The notes: a model not told the origin generated them from the sequence alone. A DNA stretch of 64,000 nt from Eledone cirrhosa (GCA_964016885.1 OZ024741.1:156240001-156304000), one strand, 5' to 3'; positions 1 through 14,264 are shown, counted from the first letter of the stretch. Numbers and translations are program-made.

Positions 1-704
1 ATCATTATTATTATTAGTATTATTATTGTTGTTGTTTGCTATTTTTAACCCTTTACGTGGTGATGCAGATCCAGAAAATCACCAGCGCTTAGTAATATTT
101 ACATCTCATTTGCTAATGTATCTTTGATTCTTTTATTAAGTATGTTTCAAACCCTACCTATCCTATCCCCACCATAGCATCACGTCACACTAATCCAATC
201 ATTTCATTGTTCACTCCCTCCCGCCACCATTCACTCAAATGATTACAACAAATTATAGCTTTATATTTTGACGTCATTGATCCCTTCATAGTTGTGTCTC
301 TTATTTACTTATTTATTTATTCTATTTAGTTAACCTGTTTTTGTTTCTTGTTTCTTTATTTTACTTCATGAGGAGTTTCAGATATTTCATCTCACTAAGC
401 CATCTCACTTAACTTAAATAGTTCTGCAAGAGTGATTAGTTTCATCCGTTCTTTATTAGAGTTAAAAACTCTTATTAATGGTTCGACTTGCTAAAGCATT
501 TAGTTGGAAAATATTTATTTCGCTCTTCTTATTATTCTTTTAGAAAAATAGAAAATAACTGTATAAATGATCCAACCATTTCATTCTACTTCTGAAAGTA
601 CTACGAATTTACAAAAAAGTTATCATCTATATATTTCTTTTTTAATAATTAATATTTTTCAGCATATTCACTTCAAATTAAAATTAAGCACATACATGAT
701 TGTA

Positions 705-870
705 TATGTGTGTAGTTAAGAAGTTCGCTTCGCAAACGAAATGTAGTTTCGGGTTCAGTTACATTGCGTGGTGCTTTGAGTGAGTGTCTTCTATTATTGT
801 CAATCACAAGTTGACCAACCATTGTGAGTGGAATTTAGTTGACGGGAAGTTTGTAGAAACCCTTTGTGCA
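705..870 (+). mobile_element. Degenerate tRNA-derived SINE
   Basis: A-box-like GTGTAGTTAAGAAG and B-box-like GGGTTCAGTT, followed by SINE body and a tatg-type tail. Confidence 0.5.
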
Positions 871-1434
871 TATAATACGTATGTAAGTGAGCTTCCCCTA
901 AGATAGCTGTTCAACAAAACGAGTTCAAAACATTACGTACCAGCCATATACTACTGGTGTTGATATAATCAACTATTTGAGCACACACCTAAACCAAAAT
1001 CAATAGGGGTAATCACCAAGGGGGCAAGTAACTGACCTCATTAAACTACATTATGAGTGAGTATCAGTTCCTGCCTCTCGCTTTTCATTGAACACTTAGT
1101 TACAACAGGTCTGCATGCAATATTGGATCACATGCCGTGACATAAGTATACTTTCTGGCTAGGCTAATGTTTACTAGGACCTCCTCCACCGTCTTCAATC
1201 AGGCCTGGAGCAATTAGTGCTCTCCACCGAACATAGGGTTGCATATCCTATCATAAACCTGCTACCAGGCCAGGGGACAATGTTTACTAGATCCTCTACC
1301 ACAGGCCTCAATGAAATCTTTAGAAGTCTGCGTCGGCTCCTATGGCTCCTCCACTATAACTTCAAACGAGGAGATAGGTGTAAATTATAAACATTATGAA
1401 AGAAAGGAAGTGAGATGATCATCAAATTGAGCAA

Positions 1435-2312
1435 AGGAAGCAATGTTTCCATTGGTCTTTACATTGTTGATACTATCAGCAGATCACCAGATCGGACCAA
1501 GGAAGCAATGTTTCCATTGGTCTTTACATTGTTGATACTATCAGCAGATCACCAGATCGGACCAAGGAAGCAATGTTTCCGTTGGTCTTTACATTGTTGA
1601 TACTATCAGCAGATCACCAGATCGGACCAAGGAAGCAATGTTTCCGTTGGTCTTTACATTGTTGATACTATCAGCAGATCACCAGATCGGACCAAGGAAG
1701 TAATGTTTCCATTGGTCTTTACATTGTTGATACTAGCAGCAGATCACCAGATCGGACCAAGGAAGCAATGTTTCCATTGGTCTTTACATTGTTGATACTA
1801 GCAGCAGATCACCAGATCGGACCAAGGAAGTAATGTTTCCATTGGTCTTTACATTGTTGATACTATCAGCAGATCACCAGATCGGACCAAGGAAGCAATG
1901 TTTCCGTTGGTCTTTACATTGTTGATACTATCAGCAGATCACCAGATCGGACCAAGGAAGCAATGTTTCCGTTGGTCTTTAGATTGTTGATACTATCAGC
2001 AGATCACCAGATCGGACCAAGGAAGCAATGTTTCCGTTGGTCTTTACATTGTTGATACTATCAGCAGATCACCAGATCTGACCAAGGAAACAATGTTTCC
2101 ATTAGACTTTTACAATGTTGATACTATCAGCAGATCACCAGATCGGACCAAGGAAACAATGTTTCCATTGGTCTTTCCATTGTTGATACTGCCGGCAGAT
2201 CACCAGATCGGACCAAGGAAACAATGTTTCCATTGATCTTTCCATTGTTGATACTATCTGCAGATCACCAAATCGGACCAAGGAAACAATGTTTCAATTG
2301 GTCTTTCCATTA
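1435..2312. repeat. 65-bp minisatellite, about 13.5 copies
   Basis: Unit GGAAGCAATGTTTCCATTGGTCTTTACATTGTTGATACTATCAGCAGATCACCAGATCGGACCAA recurs at 1501, 1566, 1631 and onward; the last copies diverge. Confidence 0.97.
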
Positions 2313-2954
2313 TTTATACTGTCTGTTGGCCACAACTACAGTCAGTAGGAGCTCTGTGAAAACGGTGGATCAGGAGGTAGGGCAAATTGATAAAGTTTTT
2401 ACTACGAGAACAGCTAAGGCTGATACAGCTAAGCAACAGTGTTGTAGCAAATGAAATCACTAGGTATTCTTTCAGAGGCTCTAACAATTCCGACAGCCCA
2501 TTACACATATTTTTATTAACTTCATATCGAAGAATAGCAAAGTTAACTTCGGTGGATTTCAATAGGAAGAGCCGAAAAAATAACAGAAGTAATATATATA
2601 TATATATAAAATATTGGATGATACAAATGTAACAATCAATTGCTAATCTTCAGCCATTCGTTTCATGCGTGAAAATACAAGGATATCATAGATATCAGGA
2701 TAAATTTGAGTTTTCGATATTTTAGCATGGTAAATGCACACGCTCACAATATATCCCAGCCACTGGGAAAATTATCACAGCAGCTGTTCAGAATCAGACA
2801 GGACAAAATAGATTAACGCGACAAAATAGACTGATCACAGCATATGTTTGTTTGTGTGTATGAGTGTGTGTTTGTGTGTGGGCGCGCGCGTGTGTGTGCT
2901 GTGGATGTGCATGTGAAAGGATGCATGTGCACTTTGAGCATATATATATATATA

Positions 2955-3880
2955 TAAATGTAATCTGAGTTTTTCGAATATTAATAACTAGCAGTGGTAC
3001 CCGACGTTGCACGGGATAAAGAATTTTGGAACGCGGGCCGCCAAAAGACCTAATCGTGGAAAAACTGCATGCCTGGACAATATCTAAAGAAAATAAACCG
3101 AATACTCTGATGGTTGGATAATCTTTAAGATTTTCCTCGTTGAAGTAGGAATATTGAAGGTTTTCACCTAATGCGGGCCGTAGGGGATCAAGAAAATGAT
3201 TTTTTTTATATGCCTTGACATTTCTGGAAAATCGGCTTGACGTAACGTCTCAAAAAGCTCTAAAAAGTTGAAAAAATGAAGTTTTTCACCTGATGCGGTC
3301 CCTAAGCCATAAAAAAGTTGGATTTTCATTGCTCATAGTATGAAGAAGAGACTGACTAATACATAGTTACAATTTCAAGGAAATCAGTCTGATGTAACGC
3401 CTCAAAAAAACCCTAAAATGCTGAAAAAATTCAGTTTTTCACCTACTGCGGGCCCTAGAGGATCAACAAGTTGAATTTTATATGTATAACACTCGCTGAA
3501 ACATAAGTAATACACATGTAAAGTTTGAAAACAATCGGTCGGGTACTTCTCGAGTTTTAGGGATTCAAACTCACAGACACACAGATAGACATCCTCAGTT
3601 AGATATATATAGATAACATTCGATTCGTTTGCAATTTTGCAAACAAGCCTCAATTTTATAGCCATGTCAGTAGAAGGAACACTTCATTCTTGGTATTGTC
3701 TTGGCATGCGAACAGAACTGCATGCCAACACAACAGCAAGAATGAAGGGTTCATTCTACTGACATGGCTATAAAATTGAGGCTTGTTTGCAAAATTGCAA
3801 ACGAATCGAATGTTATTATTCATATTCGAAAAACTCAGATTACATTTATTGTATTCAGCCATGTAGAGCGAAATGTTCTT
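2955..3880. repeat. (TA)n-flanked fold-back palindrome with tail, left arm split by a Helitron
   Basis: 3614-3708 is the reverse complement of about 3719-3816; 2955-2987 is the reverse complement of about 3817-3848; unpaired tail to about 3880. Confidence 0.85.
2988..3613 (-). mobile_element. Non-autonomous Helitron
   Basis: 5' TC (3613-3612), 3' CTAG (2988-2991), subterminal hairpin CCCG-ACGTTGCA-CGGG (3000-3015), inserted between A and T with no TSD; 5' end similar to 51033-51120. Confidence 0.9.
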
Positions 3881-3892
3881 ATATATATATAT

Positions 3893-6380
3893 ATGTAAAA
3901 GAAATCAAAGAACGCCTACATACTCATACAATTTTTATTTGCTGACAATGTTTCATCTCATCCATACCATTGGGCAGGAATCATGAGAGCTTTATAAACA
4001 AAAATACAGTGCTGAGTATAAGCTCTACCAAGCTTAGTCACATGAACATTAGAAATAAAATAGAGGGTAACAAGAGGAAGATCGGAAATGGCAAGTATGG
4101 AGAGAGTGCATAGTGGGGTTGTTATTCAACACTACAGCTATATGCTAGGGTACAGGCAGATATTTTCACAAGATGCGGTAGCACGTGAACGCACACAAAA
4201 GCAAAAAGTATAAACAATAGTTAAAACATATAATAGTAAAGTAAAAGGAAAATAATAATATAAAGAGATTGTGGTCCCTGATCGTTAGCATAACGTCCTA
4301 AGTATTGTCACCCCATTGATGGCGAATGATACTGCAGCCCATTGCTATTACGAGGAAGGTAATTCAAATACTGGCCCCATCTGGCTTAGTCCCACAGACC
4401 CATATGGGCATATCTAGTTCAATTGTTAGATTCTCCCTACTACGGGACATGCGTACACTGCCCGACCCCCATAATTGGTAATAGATACGGCTCGTACCGG
4501 GTTTGGGGACACCGTGCTTGCACTTTAGGATTATTAGAGTTCCCTTTACCGTAGAACCTATATTTTATACTATCTGTTTGAACCCGACCCGTTTGAACAC
4601 TCCCCCATAATAGAATTAGTAAAGCTATCCTTGGGCTTATCGACATATCATAAGGTAACCGCGATTCAATAGTCTTTAGTATGACACACTTGACTATTCT
4701 GGAGGTCCAATAATAATTAATAGTAATATAGTTTTTATTTGTACGAATCTTGTTGAATTAGTATGATTATTCTGTTGGTGATTACATTGTTGGTGGTCGT
4801 TCGAATTAAATAGCGTTATAGTTGACACGTTAGAGTAGTCCCCCTTTCTCTACCACTGTAACGTCATTACTTGGTGACTGAAGGAAGTAACACCCTGTAT
4901 GTACCTTCTACGTTATGAATTGATGTGTATATACCCATAGCGGTGACGAACGAAGTAGCGTGTGTTTGTTTTTTATGGAGCCAAATTCCTAAATTTCCGC
5001 GGGGTAAGTAAGCTGTCTTATATAATTTGTGTATGCCTGTTTAGGTATGACCCCACCTAATAGACATATTGGGTACCTGGTGGATTTACTGATTTGAGCA
5101 CTTTGTGTTATTTTCTGTTTTGTATAGATTGTTAATCCACGTGCTGTACGAGTTTGGAGAACTACTGCTGTACTTAACCTGGAATTATTTTGACGTATTC
5201 GGGGCTGGATTAGATATGACGAATTTGGTTGTACAGAATCTGGAGCTCCAACTTGGACACATTGTACTTCACGGTCTGGGATTTTAAACATGTGGAGATT
5301 TTTTGATGTGTAAATTCAGCCTGTAATACATGTTACTATATGTGATGATATGTTTTTCGTAAGCGTATGAATCCGACTGGATTGCATTTTACGGACTATC
5401 TACATATGTTATAAACTCTGGACCAAATTACTATCTACGGACAATCCACTATCTTTATAACTCATAGACAATCGGGACATATGAAACCGATTGGACTAAC
5501 CTCTACGGTAGATACACATATGTAGTGACTCCTCGCCAGATGTGTGTTTTTTACAGGAACTAAACCATTTTTGTTATGTATTTTTCCTTCAGCCTGATCA
5601 TGCAATAACCCCGCTTTGCTTGTGTTTGACTTGTATTGATGTGGTACCTGTCTATATACAGATTTAGCACCCATGGTCCACGTAATTCCGTAACCTACTA
5701 GTATACCTTGATTATGTATACTATGGGGAGGAATAAAATCCCATTTGGGCTTTCTGAAGGTACCTTGGGAGCTTCTTAGTATTTATATAACTCTAAGTTA
5801 TGGAGAACTAAATCACCTGTTATATATAGTGACCAACGCATACTTTCCTCTGGTTTTTTGTGTGCTTTAAATTAAATTTTTTCTTTTTCTTTTTAAATTT
5901 TCTTTATCTCTTTATATTATTACTTTCCTTTTACTTTATTATTATATGTTTTAACTATTGTTTATACTTTTTGCTTTTGTGTGGCCTCACGTGCTTCCGC
6001 ATCTTGTGAAAATATCTGTGCCTGTACCTTAGCATATAGCTGTAGTGCTGAATAACAACCCCACTATGCACTCTCTCCATACTCGCCATTTCCGATCTCC
6101 CTCTTGTTACTCTCTATTGTATTTCTAATGTTCATGTGACTAAGCTTGGTAGAGCTTATACTCAGCACTGTATTTTTGTTTATAAAGCTCTGATGATTCT
6201 TGCCCCATGGTACGGATGAAACATTGTCAGCAAGTAAAAATTGTATAAGTATGTAGGCGTTCTTTGATTTCTTTTACATATAACGGCTCTGTTCTCGTAC
6301 ATTGAGCTTATACAATACTGTCACGAATACGACACGGTTCAGGTGCGTTTATGCACATACGCTCCGTGGTCTACGTAAAT
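3893..6380 (+). mobile_element. Penelope-like element with about 375-bp inverted arms, HHR and 3' tail
   Basis: 3893-4268 is the reverse complement of about 5907-6281; unpaired tail 6282-6380; (TA)n on both sides; HHR in the arm. Confidence 0.75.
6187..6231 (+). ncRNA. Type I hammerhead ribozyme motif
   Basis: gct-CTGATGA-stem II-GAAA-catt-GTC-agc; the inverted copy at about 3941-3990 has CTCATGA. Confidence 0.75.
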
Positions 6381-6642
6381 ATATATATATATATACATAC
6401 AAGTGGAAGCTTAGTAAAATCGAAGCTTTGGCTGTTGGCAAGCAAAGTCGACCTACAATATGAATGAGTTAGCAAAGCACTCAATAGGGGTAGGTCCTTA
6501 GAGTAATAACATACGTTTAAATAGCTTGACAAATTGAACATTGTGATAGGCAAAACCTAACATACAATACCAAATTAACGAAAAAACTAACAGGTTAAAA
6601 AGGTATATATATATATATAAAGAAGTATAAAATAGAAATGGC

Positions 6643-6687
6643 TTCTACAGGACTAGAGTTGTTTCATTCAAATGAAATCATCAGGAA
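6643..6687 (-). ncRNA. Type I hammerhead motif (family of 24298/24966)
   Basis: Reverse complement reads ttc-CTGATGA-tttcatttgaat-GAAA-caactctagtcctg-TA-gaa. Confidence 0.7.
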
Positions 6688-6697
6688 ATCCCTTAAA

Positions 6698-6797
<100 letters not shown>

Positions 6798-6822
6798 GTA
6801 TATATATATATATATATATATA

Positions 6823-7341
6823 TGACAATGAAGGTGTAGTAAGGAACCAGATGAACCATAACGCACCAGAGTACTCGATACTTAGGGTAGTAGAGTGGGT
6901 AATAGAAAAAGAGTCAGGACCTCGACGGTTGAGTTCTGGCCGTTTCGACAACTAGATCCGAACTAATCCACCAGTATTAGAACTCTACTACTCTACGTAT
7001 TGAGCCCTCTGGTGTACCATGGTCCACTTGGTATCTTACCACACCTTGGTGTGAGGCGAGCACTGTGAAATCTCGCATGCACTAATTCCAGCTCTTATTA
7101 ATAACTGCATCTGTATTGTATACACACCCATACGCCCACACACACTCATACAGACATGCACGTATACATATTCATATACATATTTATATATATAACAACG
7201 ATGGTGTGATAAGATATCAGGTGGACCATGGTGCAGCAGAGGGCTCAATACTTAGGGTAGTAGAGTTCTAATACTGGTGGCTTAGTTCGGATCTAGCTGT
7301 CGAAACGGCCGGAGCTCAGCCATCGGGGCCCTGACTCTTTT

Positions 7342-7345
<4 letters not shown>
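6823..7345. mobile_element. (TA)n-embedded nested inverted-repeat element (family also at 32296-32340 and 62536-62735)
   Basis: About 6832-6897 is inverted to about 6982-7045; 7200-7345 is inverted to about 6903-7045. Confidence 0.7.
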
Positions 7346-7393
<48 letters not shown>

Positions 7394-7415
7394 TATATAT
7401 ATATATGTGTGTGTG

Positions 7416-7800
<385 letters not shown>

Positions 7801-8171
7801 TATGTATGTTTATGTGTGTCTCTGCTTTAATGTTTTCTGTTTATGCCTAGTGGTTCTACAAAAATAGATCGATAACATAAGTACCAGACCTGAAAGAATA
7901 AGTATTGGGTTCATATGATTGATTAAGTACCTTGAAAACAGTACACCAGCATGGCCGCAACTGATAGAAGTAAAGAGTATGAGTGAAAAAGAGAATTTGT
8001 ATAGGAGTGTTTGAAAACCCGCATATATGTTCCGACTGCCTGTTCTGAACAAGCTTTTTAAATTTTTAATAAGATTGACATCTCAATCGACACCGGATAT
8101 ATTTGACATAATTCATATTATAAAACTAGCCATTCTGTGGGATTACAAAAAAAACCTGTACATACATACAT

Positions 8172-8560
8172 ATATGGTGGCTGCAAACTCTGCTAAGAGT
8201 TTTGCAATCACTCAGATTACAGAAAATGGTCCACCTTTAGGCTGCAGCTAGCCACACAAACCTGTAACATATCCTGAACAAGCATTGCCTGTTCTTTGAA
8301 GGTTTTTTTAAGTGGCCTTGCACTCGACCAATCCTACTCTCTGAGCATCGAAAACACTACCAGAAAAGAAGAACTTGTCAACATCATCGGATGCTTCCGA
8401 CGCCGCTGTTTTTTGGGGGAGGGGGGTTTCAGAGTTTCCATCTCCTAGAAAGGTTTTGTGACAACAACTGGGGGCCTTTCACTCCCAGGTGAAAAAAAAA
8501 GTACTATTTGGATAGCCATTGACTCTGTTAGTTCCTTCGACCTTTGCCGGGTTTGTATTA
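8172..8560 (-). mobile_element. RTE-related non-autonomous element
   Basis: Reverse strand has the CTAGGAGATGGAAACTCTGA motif shared with 47475 and 57340; ends GCAGCCACCAT into (TATG)n as at 56990 and 59436. Confidence 0.55.
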
Positions 8561-8582
8561 CATACATACTTACATACATACA

Positions 8583-8880
8583 TAGGAAATTACAAGTACA
8601 ATCCATTAATGGAACAGTAAAAATATGTAAAACATTCCAAAAGTTTTGCATCTAATAACTGCATATAAACATGTACAGATACAAAGCATATACACATGCA
8701 CACATACAACTCAAAACATCCACATCCACACATACAATAACATCCATTTCTACACATGCATACATCCATACATATCTACCTAGTTGATGTTGTTTAAATT
8801 CCAATGAGAGAGCATTGTATCTATGTTAGAAACCGACTCTCACCCTATTGGCAAAAATTTATAAAACTATAAAAGCAGAA
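8583..8880 (+). mobile_element. 3' end of R4/Dong-like LINE
   Basis: Close match to 59115-59420 (RKLQVQSINGTVKICKTF + 3' UTR). Confidence 0.8.
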
Positions 8881-9044
8881 GAGCATATATATAAATATAT
8901 ACACAAGCACAATAACAACAAACACCTATAAACACACGCTTGTAATCTAAGATAAAATACAATAACCAAAACACAGTCACCCAAACGCACATTTTTCCAA
9001 TTCCACCCCGCCCGTCCCTTCAATCTATCTATTTTTTCATTCTT

Positions 9045-9080
9045 TCTTCTGATGAAGGACTTGCGTCCGAAACGTTAAGA
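9045..9080 (+). ncRNA. Minimal type I hammerhead motif
   Basis: tctt-CTGATGA-a-ggac-ttgc-gtcc-GAAA-cg-TTA-aga with palindromic AACGTT stem III. Confidence 0.75.
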
Positions 9081-9211
9081 CCCGCTTCCTGCCATGTCAA
9101 GCGTTAAGCTAATATATTCCTTCCACCATATACTGCACCGATTGTGTTGTTATTTCTGTTTACCCTTTACATACGTATATTCATACATGCAATCATATAT
9201 GCATACATATA

Positions 9212-9266
<55 letters not shown>

Positions 9267-9274
9267 GTGTATAT

Positions 9275-9965
9275 AAGGGATAACAAAATATCGTTATAGA
9301 CAATCCAGTTAGAGGTTGTGAATACTTCTTATTATGGATAGTTTTAGCGTACGTAGATGACGAGTTTATGATTTCACTTGTATTCCTATGTAAGTTTATC
9401 TTGGAGTAATAAAATTAAATAAGTGGAGAATAACATGCTCACCAGTACAAAAAAGGGGATTTATTTACAGTATAACAATTGTTTCACTGATAAAGATGTC
9501 TAAAAATTGCTGAACACTAGAAGCAGTGCCACTCAATTTTAAATACGATGTTAGCTCGATCAGATGTTCGCAAAAGACAAAATATATATAACCGGCAAAT
9601 TTACAAATTCAAATTACATCATCAATAATGATATTAATAATAAAGATAGAGAGAGAAAAGAAGGAGGAAGAAAAGTAGATAAATACTTTTTCCTTTCCTT
9701 TCTTTCTTTACTGTATCTATCTCCCTTTCTTCCTCCTTCTTTTCTCTCTCTATCTTTATTATTAATATTATTATTGATGATGTAATTTGAATTTGTTAAT
9801 TTGCCGGTTATATATATTTTATATTTTGTATAACAGTTTCCGAAGATCTGATCGATTAACATCGTATTTAAAATTGAGTGGCACTGCTTCTAGTGTTCAG
9901 CAATTTTTAGACATCTTTATCAGTGAAACAATTGTTAGACTGTAAATAAATTCCCTTTTTTGTAC
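9275..9965. repeat. Fold-back palindrome (arms 9445-9685 / 9713-9965) with left tail
   Basis: Arms are reverse complements; (TA)n flanks; HHR-like motif in the arm. Confidence 0.9.
9833..9943 (+). ncRNA. Hammerhead variant (CCGAAGA core, long stem II insert)
   Basis: acagtt-t-CCGAAGA-tctgat..about 70 nt..atcagt-GAAA-caattg-TTA-gactgt. Confidence 0.55.
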
Positions 9966-9993
9966 CGTTGACCATTTTATTCTGCACTTTTTC

Positions 9994-10111
<118 letters not shown>

Positions 10112-10164
10112 ATGAGTGTGTGTGTGCGACTGTTACGAAGCATCAGGAGATTTGAAATTTGAAA

Positions 10165-10360
10165 CTGTAGTTGCCATAATGTAGAAAACTATAAATAACA
10201 GTTTAATACATCGAGTAAACTACCCCTGGAGATGGAAAAAAGTGGACAGCGGCGGAAATAGTGGCAGGCGGCTCTGTTCACTTGTTTATGTCTCCAGGCA
10301 TAATTTACCCGATTTATTCAACTATTATTTATAGTTCTGTGCATTGTGGTATCTATATTT
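10165..10360. repeat. Diverged palindrome (MITE-like)
   Basis: AACTATAAATAA / TTATTTATAGTT, CCTGGAGA / TCTCCAGG and AAGTGGACAG / CTGTTCACTT pair symmetrically. Confidence 0.6.
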
Positions 10361-10544
10361 ACATAGCGACAGTAAAAGAGAAATATAAGGTAATGGGTCC
10401 TTAATTCCAGGTGGAGTCGTTAGGGCGCTGTCCTACATACGACGCATCTTTGGCATTTCACATCTAACGGAGTTCCTCACTCTCCAGGTGGAATGAATCT
10501 AACTTATTCCACAAAAGGAAAAGAAAAATCCATCCCAGTATTGG

Positions 10545-10685
10545 ACTGGCACTATTTATTAATCAATAAAGGGTGAAACTGAAGTTAACATCGGCGAAAT
10601 TTGAACTCGAACGCAGTGAGCTAAAGCTAATACCAAGGCAATTTTAATCCGAAACCCTAACCAGTCTGCCAAATCTCCCCATAAA
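10545..10685 (-). mobile_element. Degenerate tRNA/Deu-domain SINE
   Basis: Reverse strand has GTTCAAATTTCGCCGATGTTAACTT, similar to the 22444 family. Confidence 0.55.
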
Positions 10686-11781
10686 AGGAGAATGAGAATG
10701 AGAGACAAACATAGATAAAGAGTGTGTAGGTAAATGTAACTCATAAGACTTCTCATTTCTATCGTTATAATATAACACCTACATGTTCAAATATATCATC
10801 TTACATTGACAGTAAGGTGATATATATGTATTTTTTTATTTAGTCCCACGATGGGATATGTGTCTGATTACGTTTGAATATTGAATTATTAGAATATTGA
10901 GTTAATGAGAATCCCATTTTTTCTGTAACCTTTTGCGTTTCTTGACGTGTTCTTGACGTTTGGTTTTGAAATGAAACCTCCCCAGGAACTAACTTCAATA
11001 TTATAGTTTCCGACGTTGAGTAACCCATCCATTACGATAATTCTAATGAAAAATTATGATTATTTTTATTAAATGTTTTTGAATCTTTGTCCTTATTAAG
11101 CTGATATTTGGAATATAATTTGACAAAGGTTCTTACATGAAATTATGATGGAAGATTTTTATCTAATTTATTGCTATATTTCTAATAAGACATAGGGCAT
11201 GTTTCTCACACAGAGTTGAAAATAATCAGGAATTTTGGAGAGATTTAGTAATATACTTTCTCATGATTTATCTGATGTTTGGAATATGATTTAACAAGGG
11301 TTCTTACATAAAATTATTCTGGAATGCTGTTAGATAAATATGAATATTTTAAAACAAATTTTATATTTTGTCATAGAACCATTATGTTTTCCCTCTTCTG
11401 TTTTTACCACAAATCAAGTTCTGAACTTGTTATAATTAAAGGTTCTTTCATTTCGGCACATCTACCCTACCCTCTGTTAAAAGTTGAATCTTTGTTTGAA
11501 ATCAATCATTGAAAACACAGGAATACTTGGAAATGGTTTCCCTCTGGGAAGTTGTTCAATAACTAAATTGATAGATGTTTGAACTATATTCCACGATATA
11601 TTTAGCGATTGTCTTTTGTGTTATAAGTTCAATCCCCGCCGAGACAAGCCACATTTTCCCTGAAGCTAAGCTCTTTTTGCTTAATGTTCTCAACCCTAGC
11701 TTCATGAATTAAACATGAGACGTATTTGAGGCCGAAGTACATTCGATTTACTCACATCATTCTACTCCGAATGTTATGGCT

Positions 11782-11859
<78 letters not shown>

Positions 11860-12752
11860 AGGCAGTGGTGGTGGTGTTAGTAATGATAGTATGTTAGTAG
11901 TATTAGTAATAGTGGTAGTGGTGGTAGTAGGCGAGTTGGCGTAGTCATTAGATCCTTGGTTTAGAACCTTGCTATTTTCCGGCTATCTGCGCTTCGCGTT
12001 TACATTGAGTTGTGGTAAACTTTGCACTTCGTCCTTTCAGAGGTCGATAAGTAATGTATCTGTCTAGAAGGAGTGAGACATTAATGGACTTGATAAAAAT
12101 CGGGAGATTCTTTACGTTATCTGTTTCGGCTCAGTGGTTTCTAGTATTTTTCATTCGATTTGTTATTCTTTTGTTTGCTAATACGTATTTTGTCGTCTGC
12201 AAATATATATCATTCATAAGAATTGATTATCTAAAATATCGAAATACGATTTAGGTGTTAGAAATACACATTCATATAAAATATATCATTGACTAAAAAA
12301 AGAATAACAATAAACTTTTCCTGTGATGGAGGCAAAATATAAAGTATTCAACAAAATGAGTGACACGAGAAGGATGGAACAAAAAACGAAAGACATGACA
12401 AAAATGTAGAAGAGCAGCTGACAATAATAAATAACCGACGGACAAGAGAAGATAATATCATTATAATTGTTGTTGGTGTTTTTTCTTTTTTTTTGTTGGA
12501 CCGTTATTTATTTATCAGACGTCATACTTCTAATTACCATCTCATCTTATTTAAACAGACATTAAATAATTCTTTAATAAAGAGAAATATTGAGAATAAA
12601 TAAAAAATATATATACAAACTATATAAGTTCATTCATTTTAGATGTTTACTGGAAAGGCCGCACCATGTCGCTATAAATCAAGCACACACAAACACGCAC
12701 GCGCTTTCACACAGACAAACACACACATACACACACACATACACACACACAT

Positions 12753-12824
<72 letters not shown>

Positions 12825-13484
12825 GACGTAAACTAAGAAAATTATAAAAATTAACTTACTTACTAAATTTTCTCTCCAACTAATTAGTTTCTGAAAGGGA
12901 ATAAACATGGTTTCCGAATGGAACCCATGGAGAAAGCCTTTCGTCATCAGGAAGTCTATTCTCAGCTAATTTCCCATATATATATATACACACAAGAAGT
13001 GTAGGTCAACAGGTTAAATTTAACTTCGTTTATACATATTCGCTGTTATATATATTTTGGTGATTACCATTATTCAACAGGTATGACCTTATCAGAAAGC
13101 TAAAACATGATCAGAAAAAAAACAGAAAAACATAATGATGGAACAAAATTGACCTCTGTTCTTTCGATCTTTTGGTATGCCCAATCCTTAAGTATCACTG
13201 AAGGGTTGTCTAAAATTAGTTTGTTGATTTAAATGATCGTTAGAACCAGATATTGTCTTTGCTTCTGGAAAGAAACGTCAGTTATCTGATATTTCTACAT
13301 AAGGTAATGGATATTTACAGGATCTATTCTAAGTAAACTTAACGGTCAGTCTACATAATACACCAATATACAATAGAATATAGTAACCTAAGTAAACATG
13401 ACAGAACAGCCGAACTGCCACTGCCATCGTCTCCATTCCATCTTTCTCGCCCTCCCCACCTCTCCGTATGGAGAGTAAATAGGG

Positions 13485-13670
13485 TCCCACGCGCTGGCCT
13501 CTCCACAGTTTCCCCGGAGGATAGTAAGGGAGATGCGCTGGAAGAGCCATTCCATCTCGCGAGGCTCACACCTGCGGCTGACCATCTCAGCGCCTATGGT
13601 GGCGAGTAGGGAGGTAGCCCTAGGGCCAAGGACACCAGAAGCCACCACTGCCAGTATAGTCTTGTTTACC
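13485..13670 (-). pseudogene. C-terminal restriction-like endonuclease fragment of a CRE-like non-LTR element
   Basis: AVVASGVLGP..EMEWLFQRISLTILRGN resembles the ETLG..LFQRLS..IQRGN motif; homologous to 61420-61560. Confidence 0.7.
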
Positions 13671-14161
13671 CAAAAAGCTGGTGGCATATGATTTAGAATG
13701 AATGAATTCAAGCATCAGTCGAATATTCCTCCCGCTCATTGGTCAGATTCTCACCATTCTAATACTAAATCTATTGAATTGTTAGGTCAGTTGTCCTGGA
13801 ATCAGATCAATTGGCTAGGATTGTTTTTAGCAGCCAACTATAATAACTGTATACACCTAGAAAATAGGGCCGAGTTTTGCCCTAATTGACCTACCTGTAT
13901 TAGTGGCAGTAATGTTAATATGCTCCTACCTCTCCTCGTGTGGGGAGTGGTAGTATTGGAGTTGGTAGTGATTATTTCACGTAGTAAGCGGATATGGCTT
14001 CATTTGGGAATGTGTATGCTTATCAATATTAAGAATCCTGATTGTAAGAGATGTTAAAATTATAATTGTAGGAGTTAAAAATTATAATTCATATTTTAAA
14101 CATATAATACACACCCGCACACACATATCTACATACACGCATACGCACACACAGACAGACA

Positions 14162-14255
<94 letters not shown>

Positions 14256-14264
14256 CATACACTT

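Noticed and set aside
1435-2312. CRISPR-like regular repeat
   Set aside because: No unique spacers, no cas genes, eukaryotic context
12897-12961. Minus-strand CTGATGA..GAAAC (similar weak cases at 25277-25367 and 23848-23895)
   Set aside because: Stem I is not adjacent or the core is mutated; not counted as HHRs
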